Shown here piece by piece: positions 16,934 to 27,466 of a stretch of DNA of 28,240 nucleotides (the first letter of the stretch is position 1; the number at the start of each line of letters is the position of its first letter). Under the pieces are notes generated by a model. It saw nothing but the letters and a program-made list of their open reading frames with translations, searched no databases and was not told where the DNA came from. Source of the DNA: a virus (Duplodnaviria > Heunggongvirae > Uroviricota > Caudoviricetes); the IMG/VR virus record IMGVR_UViG_2695420398_000010. One strand, 5' to 3'. Made by a program: the position numbers and the translations under genes.

Positions 16934-19900
16934 ATGGGTAAAGGCAGCAGTAAGGGGCATACCCCGCGCGAAGCAAAGGACAACCTGAAGTCCACGCAGT
17001 TGCTGAGTGTGATCGATGCCATCAGCGAAGGGCCGGTTGAAGGTCCGGTGGATGGATTAAAAAGCGTGCTGCTGAACAGTACACCGGTGCTGGACAGTGA
17101 GGGGAATACTAACATCTCCGGTGTCACGGTGGTGTTCCGGGCAGGTGAGCAGGAACAGACACCGCCGGAGGGATTTGAATCATCAGGTTCCGAGACGGTA
17201 CTGGGTACGGAAGTGAAATACGACACGCCGATCACCCGGACCATCACGTCGGCAAACATTGACCGTCTGCGCTTTACCTTCGGTGTGCAGGCACTGGTGG
17301 AAACCACCTCAAAGGGGGACAGGAATCCGTCGGAAGTTCGCCTGCTGGTTCAGATACAACGTAACGGTGGCTGGGTGACGGAAAAAGACATCACCATTAA
17401 GGGCAAAACCACCTCGCAGTATCTGGCCTCGGTAGTGGTGGATAATTTGCCGCCGCGCCCGTTCAACATCCGGATGCGCAGGATGACGCCGGACAGCACC
17501 ACAGACCAGCTGCAGAACAAAACGCTCTGGTCGTCATACACCGAAATCATCGATGTGAAACAGTGCTACCCGAACACGGCACTGGTCGGCGTACAGGTGG
17601 ATTCGGAGCAGTTCGGCAGCCAGCAGGTGAGCCGTAATTATCATCTGCGCGGGCGCATTCTGCAGGTGCCGTCGAACTATAACCCGCAGACGCGGCAATA
17701 CAGCGGTATCTGGGACGGAACGTTTAAGCCAGCATACAGCAACAACATGGCCTGGTGTCTGTGGGATATGCTGACCCATCCGCGCTACGGCATGGGGAAA
17801 CGTCTTGGTGCGGCGGATGTGGACAAATGGGCGCTGTATGTCATCGGCCAGCATTGCGATCAGTCGGTGCCGGACGGTTTTGGCGGCACGGAGCCGCGCA
17901 TCACCTGTAATGCGTACCTGACCACACAGCGTAAGGCGTGGGATGTGCTCAGTGATTTCTGCTCGGCGATGCGCTGTATACCGGTATGGAACGGGCAGAC
18001 GCTGACGTTCGTGCAGGACCGACCGTCGGATAAGGCGTGGACCTATAACCGCAGTAATGTGGTGATGCCGGATGATGGCGCGCCGTTCCGCTACAGCTTC
18101 AGCGCCCTGAAGGACCGCCATAATGCCGTTGAGGTGAACTGGATTGACCCGGATAACGGCTGGGAGACGGCGACAGAGCTTGTGGAGGATACGCAGGCCA
18201 TTGCCCGTTACGGTCGTAACGTCACGAAGATGGATGCCTTTGGCTGTACCAGCCGGGGGCAGGCACACCGCGCCGGGCTGTGGCTGATTAAAACAGAACT
18301 GCTGGAAACGCAGACCGTGGACTTCAGCGTGGGTGCCGAAGGGCTTCGCCATGTACCGGGCGATGTCATTGAAATCTGCGATGATGACTATGCCGGTATC
18401 CGCACCGGCGGGCGCGTGCTGGCGGTAAACAGCCAGACCCGGACGCTGACGCTCGACCGTGAAATCACGCTGCCATCTTCCGGCACCACGCTGATAAGCC
18501 TGGTTGACGGGCAGGGGAGTCCGGTCAGCGTGGAGGTTCAGTCCGTCACCGACGGCGTGAAGGTGAAAGTGAGCCGTGTTCCTGACGGCGTTGCTGAATA
18601 CAGCGTATGGGGGCTGAAGTTGCCGACGCTGCGCCAGCGCCTGTTCCGCTGTGTGAGTATCCGTGAGAACGACGACGGCACGTATGCCATCACTGCCGTG
18701 CAGCATGTACCGGAGAAAGAAGCCATCGTGGATAACGGGGCGCACTTTGACGGTGACCAGAGCGGCACGGTGAATGGTGTCACGCCGCCAGCAGTGCAGC
18801 ATCTGACCGCCGAAGTCACCGCAGACAGCGGGGAATATCAGGTGCTGGCGCGATGGGACACGCCGAAGGTGGTGAAGGGCGTGAGCTTTATGCTTCGCCT
18901 GACCGTGGCAGCGGATGACGGCAGTGAGCGGCTGGTCAGCACGGCCAGGACGACGGAAACCACATACCGCTTCACGCAACTGGCGCTGGGGAACTACAGG
19001 CTGACGGTCCGGGCGGTAAATGCGTGGGGACAGCAGGGCGATCCGGCGTCGGTATCGTTCCGGATCGCCGCACCGGCAGCACCGTCGCGGATTGAGCTGA
19101 CGCCGGGCTATTTTCAGATAACCGCAACGCCGCATCTTGCGGTTTATGATCCGACGGTACAGTTTGAGTTCTGGTTCTCGGAAAAGCGGATTACCGATAT
19201 CAGGCAGGTTGAAACCACAGCCCGCTATCTTGGCACGGGGCTGTACTGGATAGCCGCCAGTATCAATATCAAACCGGGCCATGATTATTATTTTTACGTT
19301 CGCAGTGTGAACACCGTTGGCAAATCGGCATTCGTGGAGGCTGTTGGTCAGCCGAGTGATGACGCATCCGGCTATCTGGATTTTTTCAAAGGCGAGATAG
19401 GGAAAACCCATCTAGCTCAGGAGCTGTGGACGCAGATTGATAACGGTCAGCTTGCGCCTGACCTGGCTGAAATCAGGACGTCCATTACGGATGTCAGCAA
19501 TGAAATCACGCAGACCGTCAATAAGAAACTGGAAGACCAGAGTGCGGCAATTCAGCAGATACAGAAGGTTCAGGTTGATACAAATAATAACCTGAACAGC
19601 ATGTGGGCCGTGAAACTGCAGCAGATGCAGGACGGACGCCTTTATATTGCGGGTATCGGTGCCGGTATTGAGAATACGCCAGCAGGAATGCAGAGTCAGG
19701 TGCTGCTGGCGGCAGACAGGATTGCGATGATTAATCCTGCGAATGGCAACACAAAGCCGATGTTTGTTGGTCAGGGTGATCAGATATTCATGAACGACGT
19801 GTTCCTGAAATATCTGACGGCTCCCACCATTACCAGCGGCGGTAATCCTCCGGTATTTTCCCTGACACCGGACGGGCGGCTGACGGCGAAAAATGCCGAT

Positions 19901-20413
19901 ATCAGCGGTAACGTGAATGCGAACTCCGGGACGCTCAACAACGTCACGATTAACGAGAACTGTCGGGTTCTGGGAAAACTGTCCGCCAACCAGATTGAAG
20001 GCGATCTCGTTAAAACAGTGGGCAAAGCTTTCCCCCGGGACTCCCGTGCACCGGAACGGTGGCCATCAGGGACCATCACCGTCAGGGTTTATGACGATCA
20101 GCCGTTTGACCGGCAGATTGTTATTCCGGCGGTGGCATTCAGCGGCGCTAAACATGAGCGGGAGAATAACGATATTTATTCGTCATGCCGCCTGATAGTA
20201 CGGAAAAACGGTGCTGAAATTTATAACCGTACCGCGCTGGATAATACGCTGATTTACAGTGGTGTTATTGATATGCCTGCCGGTCACGGTCACATGACAC
20301 TGGAGTTTTCGGTGTCAGCATGGCTGGTAAATAACTGGTATCCCACAGCAAGTATCAGCGATTTGCTGGTTGTGGTGATGAAGAAAGCCACTGCAGGCAT
20401 CACGATTAGCTGA
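16934..20413 (+). CDS. J: Tail tip / host specificity protein J (central tail fibre)
   Basis: 1159 aa; N-terminal roughly 880 residues near-identical to lambda gpJ as recalled; the C-terminal roughly 280 residues (receptor-binding region) are clearly more divergent. Confidence 0.95.
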   Translation: MGKGSSKGHTPREAKDNLKSTQLLSVIDAISEGPVEGPVDGLKSVLLNSTPVLDSEGNTNISGVTVVFRAGEQEQTPPEGFESSGSETVLGTEVKYDTPITRTITSANIDRLRFTFGVQALVETTSKGDRNPSEVRLLVQIQRNGGWVTEKDITIKGKTTSQYLASVVVDNLPPRPFNIRMRRMTPDSTTDQLQNKTLWSSYTEIIDVKQCYPNTALVGVQVDSEQFGSQQVSRNYHLRGRILQVPSNYNPQTRQYSGIWDGTFKPAYSNNMAWCLWDMLTHPRYGMGKRLGAADVDKWALYVIGQHCDQSVPDGFGGTEPRITCNAYLTTQRKAWDVLSDFCSAMRCIPVWNGQTLTFVQDRPSDKAWTYNRSNVVMPDDGAPFRYSFSALKDRHNAVEVNWIDPDNGWETATELVEDTQAIARYGRNVTKMDAFGCTSRGQAHRAGLWLIKTELLETQTVDFSVGAEGLRHVPGDVIEICDDDYAGIRTGGRVLAVNSQTRTLTLDREITLPSSGTTLISLVDGQGSPVSVEVQSVTDGVKVKVSRVPDGVAEYSVWGLKLPTLRQRLFRCVSIRENDDGTYAITAVQHVPEKEAIVDNGAHFDGDQSGTVNGVTPPAVQHLTAEVTADSGEYQVLARWDTPKVVKGVSFMLRLTVAADDGSERLVSTARTTETTYRFTQLALGNYRLTVRAVNAWGQQGDPASVSFRIAAPAAPSRIELTPGYFQITATPHLAVYDPTVQFEFWFSEKRITDIRQVETTARYLGTGLYWIAASINIKPGHDYYFYVRSVNTVGKSAFVEAVGQPSDDASGYLDFFKGEIGKTHLAQELWTQIDNGQLAPDLAEIRTSITDVSNEITQTVNKKLEDQSAAIQQIQKVQVDTNNNLNSMWAVKLQQMQDGRLYIAGIGAGIENTPAGMQSQVLLAADRIAMINPANGNTKPMFVGQGDQIFMNDVFLKYLTAPTITSGGNPPVFSLTPDGRLTAKNADISGNVNANSGTLNNVTINENCRVLGKLSANQIEGDLVKTVGKAFPRDSRAPERWPSGTITVRVYDDQPFDRQIVIPAVAFSGAKHERENNDIYSSCRLIVRKNGAEIYNRTALDNTLIYSGVIDMPAGHGHMTLEFSVSAWLVNNWYPTASISDLLVVVMKKATAGITIS

Positions 20414-20432
20414 ATTTTATAACCCAGATACG

Positions 20433-20457
20433 GGCGCCAGAAATGGCGCCTTTTTTA
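20433..20457 (+). terminator. Rho-independent terminator after J
   Basis: GGCGCC-AGAAAT-GGCGCC followed by TTTTTT. Confidence 0.5.
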
Positions 20458-20480
20458 TTGCAGAAAAGCGAGAGGTAATT

Positions 20481-21080
20481 ATGCGTAAATTATGTGCTGT
20501 TATTTTGTCCGCAGCCATCTGTCTGTCCGTATCCGGTGCGCCTGCATGGGCGTCTGAACATCAGTCCACACTGAGCGCAGGGTATCTTCATGCCCGTACG
20601 AACGCTCCCGGCAGCGATAATCTGAACGGGATTAACGTGAAATACCGTTATGAGTTTACGGACACGCTGGGGCTGATTACGTCCTTCAGTTATGCCAATG
20701 CTGAGGATGAGCAAAAAACGCACTACAGCGATACCCGCTGGCATGAAGATTCCGTGCGTAACCGCTGGTTCAGCGTGATGGCAGGGCCGTCTGTGCGCGT
20801 GAATGAATGGTTCAGCGCGTATGCGATAGCGGGTATGGCTTACAGCCGTGTGTCGACCTTCTCCGGGGATTATCTCCGCGTAACTGACAACAAGGGGAAA
20901 ACGCACGATGTGCTGACCGGAAGTGATGACGGTCGCCACAGCAACATGTCTCTGGCGTGGGGGGCTGGCGTGCAGTTTAACCCGACCGAATCCGTGGCCA
21001 TTGATATTGCTTATGAAGGCTCCGGCAGTGGCGACTGGCGCACTGACGGTTTCATCGTGGGTGTCGGTTATAAATTCTGA
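20481..21080 (+). CDS. lom: Lom outer-membrane protein (Ail/Lom/PagC beta-barrel family)
   Basis: 199 aa with a cleavable signal peptide (AWA|SE); C-terminus YEGSGSGDWRTDGFIVGVGYKF matches lambda Lom as recalled; AAGCGAGAGG RBS. Confidence 0.9.
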   Translation: MRKLCAVILSAAICLSVSGAPAWASEHQSTLSAGYLHARTNAPGSDNLNGINVKYRYEFTDTLGLITSFSYANAEDEQKTHYSDTRWHEDSVRNRWFSVMAGPSVRVNEWFSAYAIAGMAYSRVSTFSGDYLRVTDNKGKTHDVLTGSDDGRHSNMSLAWGAGVQFNPTESVAIDIAYEGSGSGDWRTDGFIVGVGYKF

Positions 21081-21106
21081 TTAGCCAGGTAACACAGTGT
21101 TATGAC

Positions 21107-21134
21107 AGCCCGCCGGTTCAGGCGGGCTTTTTTG
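21107..21134 (+). terminator. Rho-independent terminator after lom
   Basis: AGCCCGCC-GGTTCA-GGCGGGCT followed by TTTTT. Confidence 0.5.
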
Positions 21135-21144
21135 TGGGGGGAAT

Positions 21145-24100
21145 ATGGCAGTACGGATTTCAGGTGTACTGAAAGATGGCGCAGGTAAGCCGATACAAAA
21201 CTGCACCATTCAGCTAAAGGCCAGGCGCAACAGCACCACGGTGGTGGTGAACACAGTGGCCTCAGAAAACCCGGATGAAGCCGGGCGTTACAGCATGGAC
21301 GTTGAGTACGGTCAGTACAGCGTTATTCTGTTGGTGGAAGGATTCCCGCCGTCACATGCCGGGATCATCACCGTGTATGAAGATTCCCAACCCGGTACGC
21401 TGAATGATTTTCTCGGTGCCATGACGGAGGATGATGCCCGTCCTGAGGCACTGCGCCGTTTTGAACTGATGGTGGAAGAGGTGGCGCGTAACGCGTCCGC
21501 AGTGGCACAGAACACGGCAGCCGCGAAGAAGTCAGCCGGCGATGCCGGCACATCTGCCCGTGAGGCGGCAACCCATGCGACTGATGCTGCAGGCTCAGCA
21601 CGCGCAGCCAGCACGTCAGCCGGACAGGCCGCTTCGTCGGCTCAGTCAGCGTCTTCCAGCGCAGGAACGGCATCAACAAAGGCCACTGAGGCATCGAAAA
21701 GTGCTGCTGCTGCAGAGTCCTCAAAAAGCGCGGCAGCTACCAGTGCCAGTGCCGCGAAAACGTCAGAAACGAATGCTGCAGCGTCACAACAATCAGCAGC
21801 CACTTCTGCATCCACCGCGACTACGAAAGCGTCAGAAGCTGCCACCTCAGCCCGGGATGCGGCGGCTTCAAAAGAGGCGGCAAAATCATCAGAAACGAAC
21901 GCATCCTCGAGCGCCAGTAGCGCAGCTTCCTCGGCAACGGCGACAGCAAATTCTGCGAAGGCGGCCAAAACGTCCGAGACGAACGCCAGGTCTTCTGAAA
22001 CGGCAGCGGGACAGAGTGCCTCAGCTGCGGCAGGCTCAAAAACAGCGGCTGCGTCGTCTGCCAGCGCCGCGTCAACAAGTGCCGGGCAGGCCTCAGCCAG
22101 TGCCACCGCCGCCGGAAAATCGGCAGAAAGCGCCGCATCATCCGCTTCAACAGCCACAACGAAGGCTGGCGAAGCCACTGAGCAGGCCAGCGCAGCAGCG
22201 AGGTCAGCTTCCGCAGCGAAGACATCCGAAACGAACGCGAAAGCGTCGGAAACCCGTGCAGAATCCTCAAAAACGGCTGCTGCATCGTCCGCCAGTTCGG
22301 CGGCGTCATCGGCATCATCTGCGTCTGCTTCAAAAGATGAGGCGAGCAGACAGGCATCAGCAGCGAAAGGCAGCGCCAAGACGGCATCCACGAAGGCGAC
22401 AGAGGCAGCTGGCAGTGCGACGGCGGCAGCTCAGAGCAAAAGTACGGCGGAATCCGCGGCAACGCGCGCTGAGACAGCGGCAAAACGGGCAGAGGATATT
22501 GCATCCGCCGTGGCGCTTGAGGATGCGAGCACGACGAAAAAGGGGATAGTACAGCTCAGCAGTGCGACCAACAGCACTTCCGAGTCACTGGCGGCAACGC
22601 CAAAAGCCGTTAAGGCCGCGTATGACCTGGCTAACGGGAAATACACCGCACAGGATGCAACGACAGCACAGAAAGGGATAATCCAGCTAAGCAGCGCGAC
22701 CAACAGCACGTCTGAAACGCTGGCGGCAACGCCAAAGGCAGTAAAATCAGCCTATGACAATGCAGAGAAACGTCTGCAGAAAGACCAGAACGGCGCTGAT
22801 ATACCCGATAAGGGACGCTTCCTGAACAACATTAACGCGGTCAGTAAAACAGACTTTGCTGATAAGCGTGGTATGCGTTATGTGCGGGTTAACGCTCCTG
22901 CAGGTGCAACATCTGGAAAATATTACCCTGTTGTTGTTATGCGTTCTGCTGGCTCAGTAAGCGAACTGGCATCAAGGGTCATTATCACCACGGCAACGCG
23001 AACCGCAGGCGATCCGATGAATAACTGCGAGTTTAACGGATTTGTTATGCCTGGTGGCTGGACTGACAGGGGGCGTTATGCTTATGGAATGTTCTGGCAA
23101 TATCAAAACAATGAACGAGCCATCCACTCAATAATGATGAGTAATAAGGGCGATGATTTGCGCTCTGTGTTCTATGTTGATGGCGCTGCTTTCCCTGTTT
23201 TTGCGTTTATCGAAGATGGCCTGTCAATATCCGCACCTGGTGCTGATCTCGTTGTTAATGATACGACCTATAAGTTTGGGGCAACAAATCCAGCGACTGA
23301 ATGTATCGCGGCGGACGTTATCCTTGATTTTAAGAGTGGGCGTGGTTTTTATGAGTCTCATTCGTTAATCGTTAACGATAACTTGTCGTGCAAAAAACTT
23401 TTTGCCACAGACGAAATTGTAGCGCGTGGTGGTAATCAGATTCGAATGATAGGTGGGGAGTATGGTGCATTATGGCGTAATGATGGCGCTAAAACTTACC
23501 TGCTGCTTACCAATCAAGGTGATGTTTATGGTGGCTGGAATACATTAAGACCGTTTGCTATTGATAACGCAACCGGCGAACTGGTTATTGGAACCAAACT
23601 GTCCGCAAGTCTGAACGGTAATGCATTAACAGCAACAAAGCTGCAAACGCCAAGACTGGTTTCTGGTGTTGAGTTTGATGGTTCCAAAGATATTACTTTA
23701 ACCGCCGCGCATGTGGCTGCTTTTGCCAGAAGGGCAACGGATACATATGCCGATGCGGATGGTGGCGTTCCCTGGAATGCCGAATCAGGCGCTTATAATG
23801 TCACCCGCTCTGGCGACAGCTATATTCTGGTTAACTTCTATACCGGAGTCGGAAGTTGCCGGACATTGCAGATGAAGGCGCATTACAGAAATGGTGGTCT
23901 GTTCTACCGTTCTTCAAGAGACGGTTATGGTTTTGAAGAAGACTGGGCAGAAGTTTATACCTCGAAAAATCTTCCACCAGAAAGCTACCCAGTAGGCGCA
24001 CCAATCCCGTGGCCATCAGATACCGTTCCGTCTGGCTATGCCCTGATGCAGGGGCAGGCTTTTGACAAATCTGCTTACCCGAAACTCGCAGCCGCTTATC

Positions 24101-24690
24101 CGTCAGGCGTGATCCCTGATATGCGTGGCTGGACGATTAAGGGCAAACCTGCCAGTGGTCGTGCCGTATTGTCTCAGGAACAGGACGGCATTAAATCGCA
24201 CACCCACAGCGCCAGCGCATCCAGTACGGATTTGGGGACGAAAACCACATCGTCGTTTGATTACGGCACTAAATCCACGAATAACACCGGGGCGCATACG
24301 CACAGTCTGAGTGGCTCTACGGGGTCTGCCGGTGCTCATACTCATGGTAATGGTATTCGTTGGCCAGGAGGCGGCGGTTCTGCGTTAGCATTTTATGATG
24401 GCGGTGGGTTCACTTATGTCAAGGATTCACAGTATCAAGTAAGCCCGGGGACTTCTTCCAGTAGATCGTATTATCAACGTATTCAGACACAGTCAGCAGG
24501 TGCTCATACCCACTCGCTGTCTGGTACTGCAGCAAGTTCTGGCGCACATGCACATACTGTAGGTATTGGTGCGCATACGCACTCGGTTGCGATTGGCTCA
24601 CATGGACACACCATCACCGTTAACGCTGCGGGTAACGCGGAAAACACCGTCAAAAACATCGCATTTAACTATATTGTGAGGCTTGCATAA
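21145..24690 (+). CDS. stf: Side tail fibre protein Stf (mosaic, 1181 aa)
   Basis: N-terminus near-identical to lambda Stf as recalled; long Ala/Ser/Thr-rich repeat shaft; a central block not shared with lambda Stf; C-terminal His-box repeats (GAHTHS, GAHAHT, GSHGHT) and an end matching lambda Stf ([22 protein letters not shown]). Confidence 0.85.
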   Translation: MAVRISGVLKDGAGKPIQNCTIQLKARRNSTTVVVNTVASENPDEAGRYSMDVEYGQYSVILLVEGFPPSHAGIITVYEDSQPGTLNDFLGAMTEDDARPEALRRFELMVEEVARNASAVAQNTAAAKKSAGDAGTSAREAATHATDAAGSARAASTSAGQAASSAQSASSSAGTASTKATEASKSAAAAESSKSAAATSASAAKTSETNAAASQQSAATSASTATTKASEAATSARDAAASKEAAKSSETNASSSASSAASSATATANSAKAAKTSETNARSSETAAGQSASAAAGSKTAAASSASAASTSAGQASASATAAGKSAESAASSASTATTKAGEATEQASAAARSASAAKTSETNAKASETRAESSKTAAASSASSAASSASSASASKDEASRQASAAKGSAKTASTKATEAAGSATAAAQSKSTAESAATRAETAAKRAEDIASAVALEDASTTKKGIVQLSSATNSTSESLAATPKAVKAAYDLANGKYTAQDATTAQKGIIQLSSATNSTSETLAATPKAVKSAYDNAEKRLQKDQNGADIPDKGRFLNNINAVSKTDFADKRGMRYVRVNAPAGATSGKYYPVVVMRSAGSVSELASRVIITTATRTAGDPMNNCEFNGFVMPGGWTDRGRYAYGMFWQYQNNERAIHSIMMSNKGDDLRSVFYVDGAAFPVFAFIEDGLSISAPGADLVVNDTTYKFGATNPATECIAADVILDFKSGRGFYESHSLIVNDNLSCKKLFATDEIVARGGNQIRMIGGEYGALWRNDGAKTYLLLTNQGDVYGGWNTLRPFAIDNATGELVIGTKLSASLNGNALTATKLQTPRLVSGVEFDGSKDITLTAAHVAAFARRATDTYADADGGVPWNAESGAYNVTRSGDSYILVNFYTGVGSCRTLQMKAHYRNGGLFYRSSRDGYGFEEDWAEVYTSKNLPPESYPVGAPIPWPSDTVPSGYALMQGQAFDKSAYPKLAAAYPSGVIPDMRGWTIKGKPASGRAVLSQEQDGIKSHTHSASASSTDLGTKTTSSFDYGTKSTNNTGAHTHSLSGSTGSAGAHTHGNGIRWPGGGGSALAFYDGGGFTYVKDSQYQVSPGTSSSRSYYQRIQTQSAGAHTHSLSGTAASSGAHAHTVGIGAHTHSVAIGSHGHTITVNAAGNAENTVKNIAFNYIVRLA
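21500..22500 (+). repeat. In-frame degenerate tandem repeats encoding the Ala/Ser-rich Stf shaft
   Basis: Reiterated motifs such as [19 protein letters not shown] and ATTKA[GS]EA at the protein level; the low-complexity GC-rich DNA creates long phantom ORFs in other frames and on the opposite strand. Confidence 0.55.
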
Positions 24691-25274
24691 TGGCATTCAG
24701 AATGAGTGAACAACCACGGACCATAACAATTTATAATCTGCTGGCCGGAACTAATGAATTTATTGGTGAAGGTGACGCATATATTCCGCCTCATACAGGT
24801 CTGCCAGCAAACAGTACCGATATTGCACCGCCAGATATTCCGGCTGGCTTTGTGGCTGTTTTCAACAGTGATGAGGCATCGTGGCATCTCGTTGAAGACC
24901 ATCGGGGTAAAACGGTCTATGACGTGGCTTCCGGCGACGCGTTATTTATTTCTGAACTCGGCTCATTACCGGAAAATGTCACCTGGTTATCCCCGGAAGG
25001 GGAGTTTCAGAAGTGGAACGGTACAGTCTGGGTGAAGGATACGGAAGCAGAAAAACTGTTCCGGATCCGGGAGGCGGAAGAAACAAAAAACAGCCTGATG
25101 CAGGTAGCCAGTGAGCATATAGCGCCGCTTCAGGATGCTGTAGATCTGGAGATTGCAACGGAAGAAGAGGCGTCGTTGCTGGAAGCCTGGAAGAAGTATC
25201 GGGTGTTGCTGAACCGTGTTGATACATCAACTGCACCTGATATTGAGTGGCCTGCTGTCCCTGTTATGGAGTAA
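24690..25274 (+). CDS. tfa: Tail fibre assembly protein Tfa
   Basis: 194 aa, same length as lambda Tfa and near-identical to it as recalled; start overlaps the stf stop (TAATG). Confidence 0.9.
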   Translation: MAFRMSEQPRTITIYNLLAGTNEFIGEGDAYIPPHTGLPANSTDIAPPDIPAGFVAVFNSDEASWHLVEDHRGKTVYDVASGDALFISELGSLPENVTWLSPEGEFQKWNGTVWVKDTEAEKLFRIREAEETKNSLMQVASEHIAPLQDAVDLEIATEEEASLLEAWKKYRVLLNRVDTSTAPDIEWPAVPVME

Positions 25275-25288
25275 TCGTTTTGTGATAT

Positions 25289-25323
25289 GCCGCAGAAACG
25301 TTGTATGAAATAACGTTCTGCGG
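25289..25323. terminator. Bidirectional terminator hairpin between convergent tfa and the ea47-like gene
   Basis: CCGCAGAAACGTT-GTATGAAAT-AACGTTCTGCGG, a roughly 12-bp stem, between the two convergent stop codons. Confidence 0.5.
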
Positions 25324-25402
25324 TTAGTTAGTATATTGTAAAGCTGAGTATTGGTTTATTTGGCGATTATTATCTTCAGGAGAATAATGGAAGTTCTATG
25401 AC

Positions 25403-26635
25403 TCAATTGTTCATAGTGTTTACATCACCGCCAATTGCTTTTAAGACTGAACGCATGAAATATGGTTTTTCGTCATGTTTTGAGTCTGCTGTTGATATTT
25501 CTAAAGTCGGTTTTTTTTCTTCGTTTTCTCTAACTATTTTCCATGAAATACATTTTTGATTATTATTTGAATCAATTCCAATTACCTGAAGTCTTTCATC
25601 TATAATTGGCATTGTATGTATTGGTTTATTGGAGTAGATGCTTGCTTTTCTGAGCCATAGCTCTGATATCCAAATGAAGCCATAGGCATTTGTTATTTTG
25701 GCTCTGTCAGCTGCATAACGCCAAAAAATATATTTATCTGCTTGATCTTCAAATGTTGTATTGATTAAATCAATTGGATGGAATTGTTTATCATAAAAAA
25801 TTAATGTTTGAATGTGATAACCGTCCTTTAAAAAAGTCGTTTCTGCAAGCTTGGCTGTATAGTCAACTAACTCTTCTGTCGAAGTGATATTTTTAGGCTT
25901 ATCTACCAGTTTTAGACGCTCTTTAATATCTTCAGGAATTATTTTATTGTCATATTGTATCATGCTAAATGACAATTTGCTTATGGAGTAATCTTTTAAT
26001 TTTAAATAAGTTATTCTCCTGGCTTCATCAAATAAAGAGTCGAATGATGTTGGCGAAATCACATCGTCACCCATTGGATTGTTTATTTGTATGCCAAGAG
26101 AGTTACAGCAGTTATACATTCTGCCATAGATTATAGCTAAGGCATGTAATAATTCGTAATCTTTTAGCGTATTAGCGACCCATCGTCTTTCTGATTTAAT
26201 AATAGATGATTCAGTTAAATATGAAGGTAATTTCTTTTGTGCAAGTCTGACTAACTTTTTTATACCAATGTTTAACATACTTTCATTTGTAATAAACTCA
26301 ATGTCATTTTCTTCAATGTAAGATGAAATAAGAGTAGCCTTTGCCTCGCTATACATTTCTAAATCGCCTTGTTTTTCTATCGTATTGCGAGAATTTTTAG
26401 CCCAAGCCATTAATGGATCATTTTTCCATTTTTCAATAACATTATTGTTATACCAAATGTCATATCCTATAATCTGGTTTTTGTTTTTTTGAATAATAAA
26501 TGTTACTGTTCTTGCGGTTTGGAGGAATTGATTCAAATTCAAGCGGAATAATTCAGGGTCAAAATATGTATCAATGCAGCATTTGAGCAAGTGCGATAAA
26601 TCTTTAAGTCTTCTTTCCCATGGTTTTTTAGTCAT
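25403..26635 (-). CDS. ea47: Ea47-like protein of unknown function (AT-rich accessory gene)
   Basis: Long uninterrupted minus-strand ORF in visibly AT-rich DNA; starting at the third in-frame Met (MTKKPWERRL, GGAGAG RBS upstream) gives 410 aa / 1233 nt, the size of lambda ea47, and the 128-nt gap from tfa matches lambda; track ORF extends to 26662 (419 aa). No Walker A, HNH or HEPN motif seen by eye. Confidence 0.6.
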   Translation of the reverse strand: MTKKPWERRLKDLSHLLKCCIDTYFDPELFRLNLNQFLQTARTVTFIIQKNKNQIIGYDIWYNNNVIEKWKNDPLMAWAKNSRNTIEKQGDLEMYSEAKATLISSYIEENDIEFITNESMLNIGIKKLVRLAQKKLPSYLTESSIIKSERRWVANTLKDYELLHALAIIYGRMYNCCNSLGIQINNPMGDDVISPTSFDSLFDEARRITYLKLKDYSISKLSFSMIQYDNKIIPEDIKERLKLVDKPKNITSTEELVDYTAKLAETTFLKDGYHIQTLIFYDKQFHPIDLINTTFEDQADKYIFWRYAADRAKITNAYGFIWISELWLRKASIYSNKPIHTMPIIDERLQVIGIDSNNNQKCISWKIVRENEEKKPTLEISTADSKHDEKPYFMRSVLKAIGGDVNTMNN

Positions 26636-26811
26636 AAAACTCTCCATTTTGATAGGTTGCATGCTAGATGCTGATATATTTTAGAGGTGATAAAATTAAC
26701 TGCTTAACTGTCAATGTAATACAAGTTGTTTGATCTTTGCAATGATTCTTATCAGAAACCATATAGTAAATTAGTTACACAGGAAATTTTTAATATTATT
26801 ATTATCATTCA

Positions 26812-27126
26812 TTATGTATTAAAATTAGAGTTGTGGCTTGGCTCTGCTAACACGTTGCTCATAGGAGATATGGTAGAGCCGCAGACACGTCGTATGCAGG
26901 AACGTGCTGCGGCTGGCTGGTGAACTTTCGATAGTGCGAGTATTGAATGATTTCCAACTGTTATCGATTTTGCGTATTTTTTGCATGAGAGGATTTTTAC
27001 CTCCTCCCACCGATCCTCCATGGCTTTACGCCAGTGTCTCTGGTCTGCTATGTGCCAGGAGCAGCCATTGCTAAGTCCATCCTGTATTGTGCAGGTCAGC
27101 TCGTTTTTAAAGAGTCCGGCCATCAT
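26812..27126 (-). CDS. Hypothetical 104-aa ORF upstream of and co-oriented with the ea47-like gene (doubtful)
   Basis: Open frame of near-normal GC content with a weak RBS and tandem ATG start; no recognisable family; could be a decayed remnant. Confidence 0.15.
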   Translation of the reverse strand: MMAGLFKNELTCTIQDGLSNGCSWHIADQRHWRKAMEDRWEEVKILSCKKYAKSITVGNHSILALSKVHQPAAARSCIRRVCGSTISPMSNVLAEPSHNSNFNT

Positions 27127-27416
27127 CTTACTGGTACAGACACCATATACTTTGTGACGGTCAGGCTACATATGCACAACTCAACTTATTCATCTATTTT
27201 TTGCTTTAGCATGTCAGTGTTGCTTTCTCGTCGGCGGGTGAGCGGTGACCTGACCTGTCGATAAAGGAACGTAGCACGTTTTATGCAACACCCGCATGCG
27301 GCAGAAAATTATTGCCGAACGTTTACCCCTGTCAACAAGCTTTACTTTCTGAGGCGCGCCAGCCCGCGAGGAAAACAATCTGAACATCAAACAATTAATG
27401 ACACAAGAAATACGAT

Positions 27417-27442
27417 TAAAGATTTTTTTGTGCATGCCGATA
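27417..27442 (+). promoter_or_regulatory. Sigma-28 (FliA)-type promoter
   Basis: TAAAG-N14-GCCGATAG fits the flagellar sigma-28 consensus (TAAAGTTT-N11-GCCGATAA) in sequence and spacing; lies about 25 nt upstream of an AAGGAG RBS and ATG 27467. Confidence 0.55.
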
Positions 27443-27466
27443 GTGCTTTTTTAAAAGGAGAAATCT

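Noticed and set aside
17534-19411. 625-aa ORF on the minus strand, antisense to J
   Set aside because: It lies entirely within the near-lambda-identical J coding region; the translation is Arg/Pro/His-rich low-complexity with no RBS context; long antisense frames are expected in GC-rich, codon-biased genes.
21542-22549. 335-aa Arg/Pro/Gln-rich ORF on the + strand, plus 227- to 249-aa ORFs on the minus strand (21642-22504), overlapping stf
   Set aside because: These are alternative-frame readings of the repetitive Ala/Ser-coding shaft of stf; extreme composition, no start context; Stf is continuous and conserved at both ends in its own frame.
26860-26885. GGTAGAGC motif resembling a tRNA D-loop
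   Set aside because: No acceptor stem, anticodon arm or T-psi-C arm can be folded around it; it is an isolated 8-mer.
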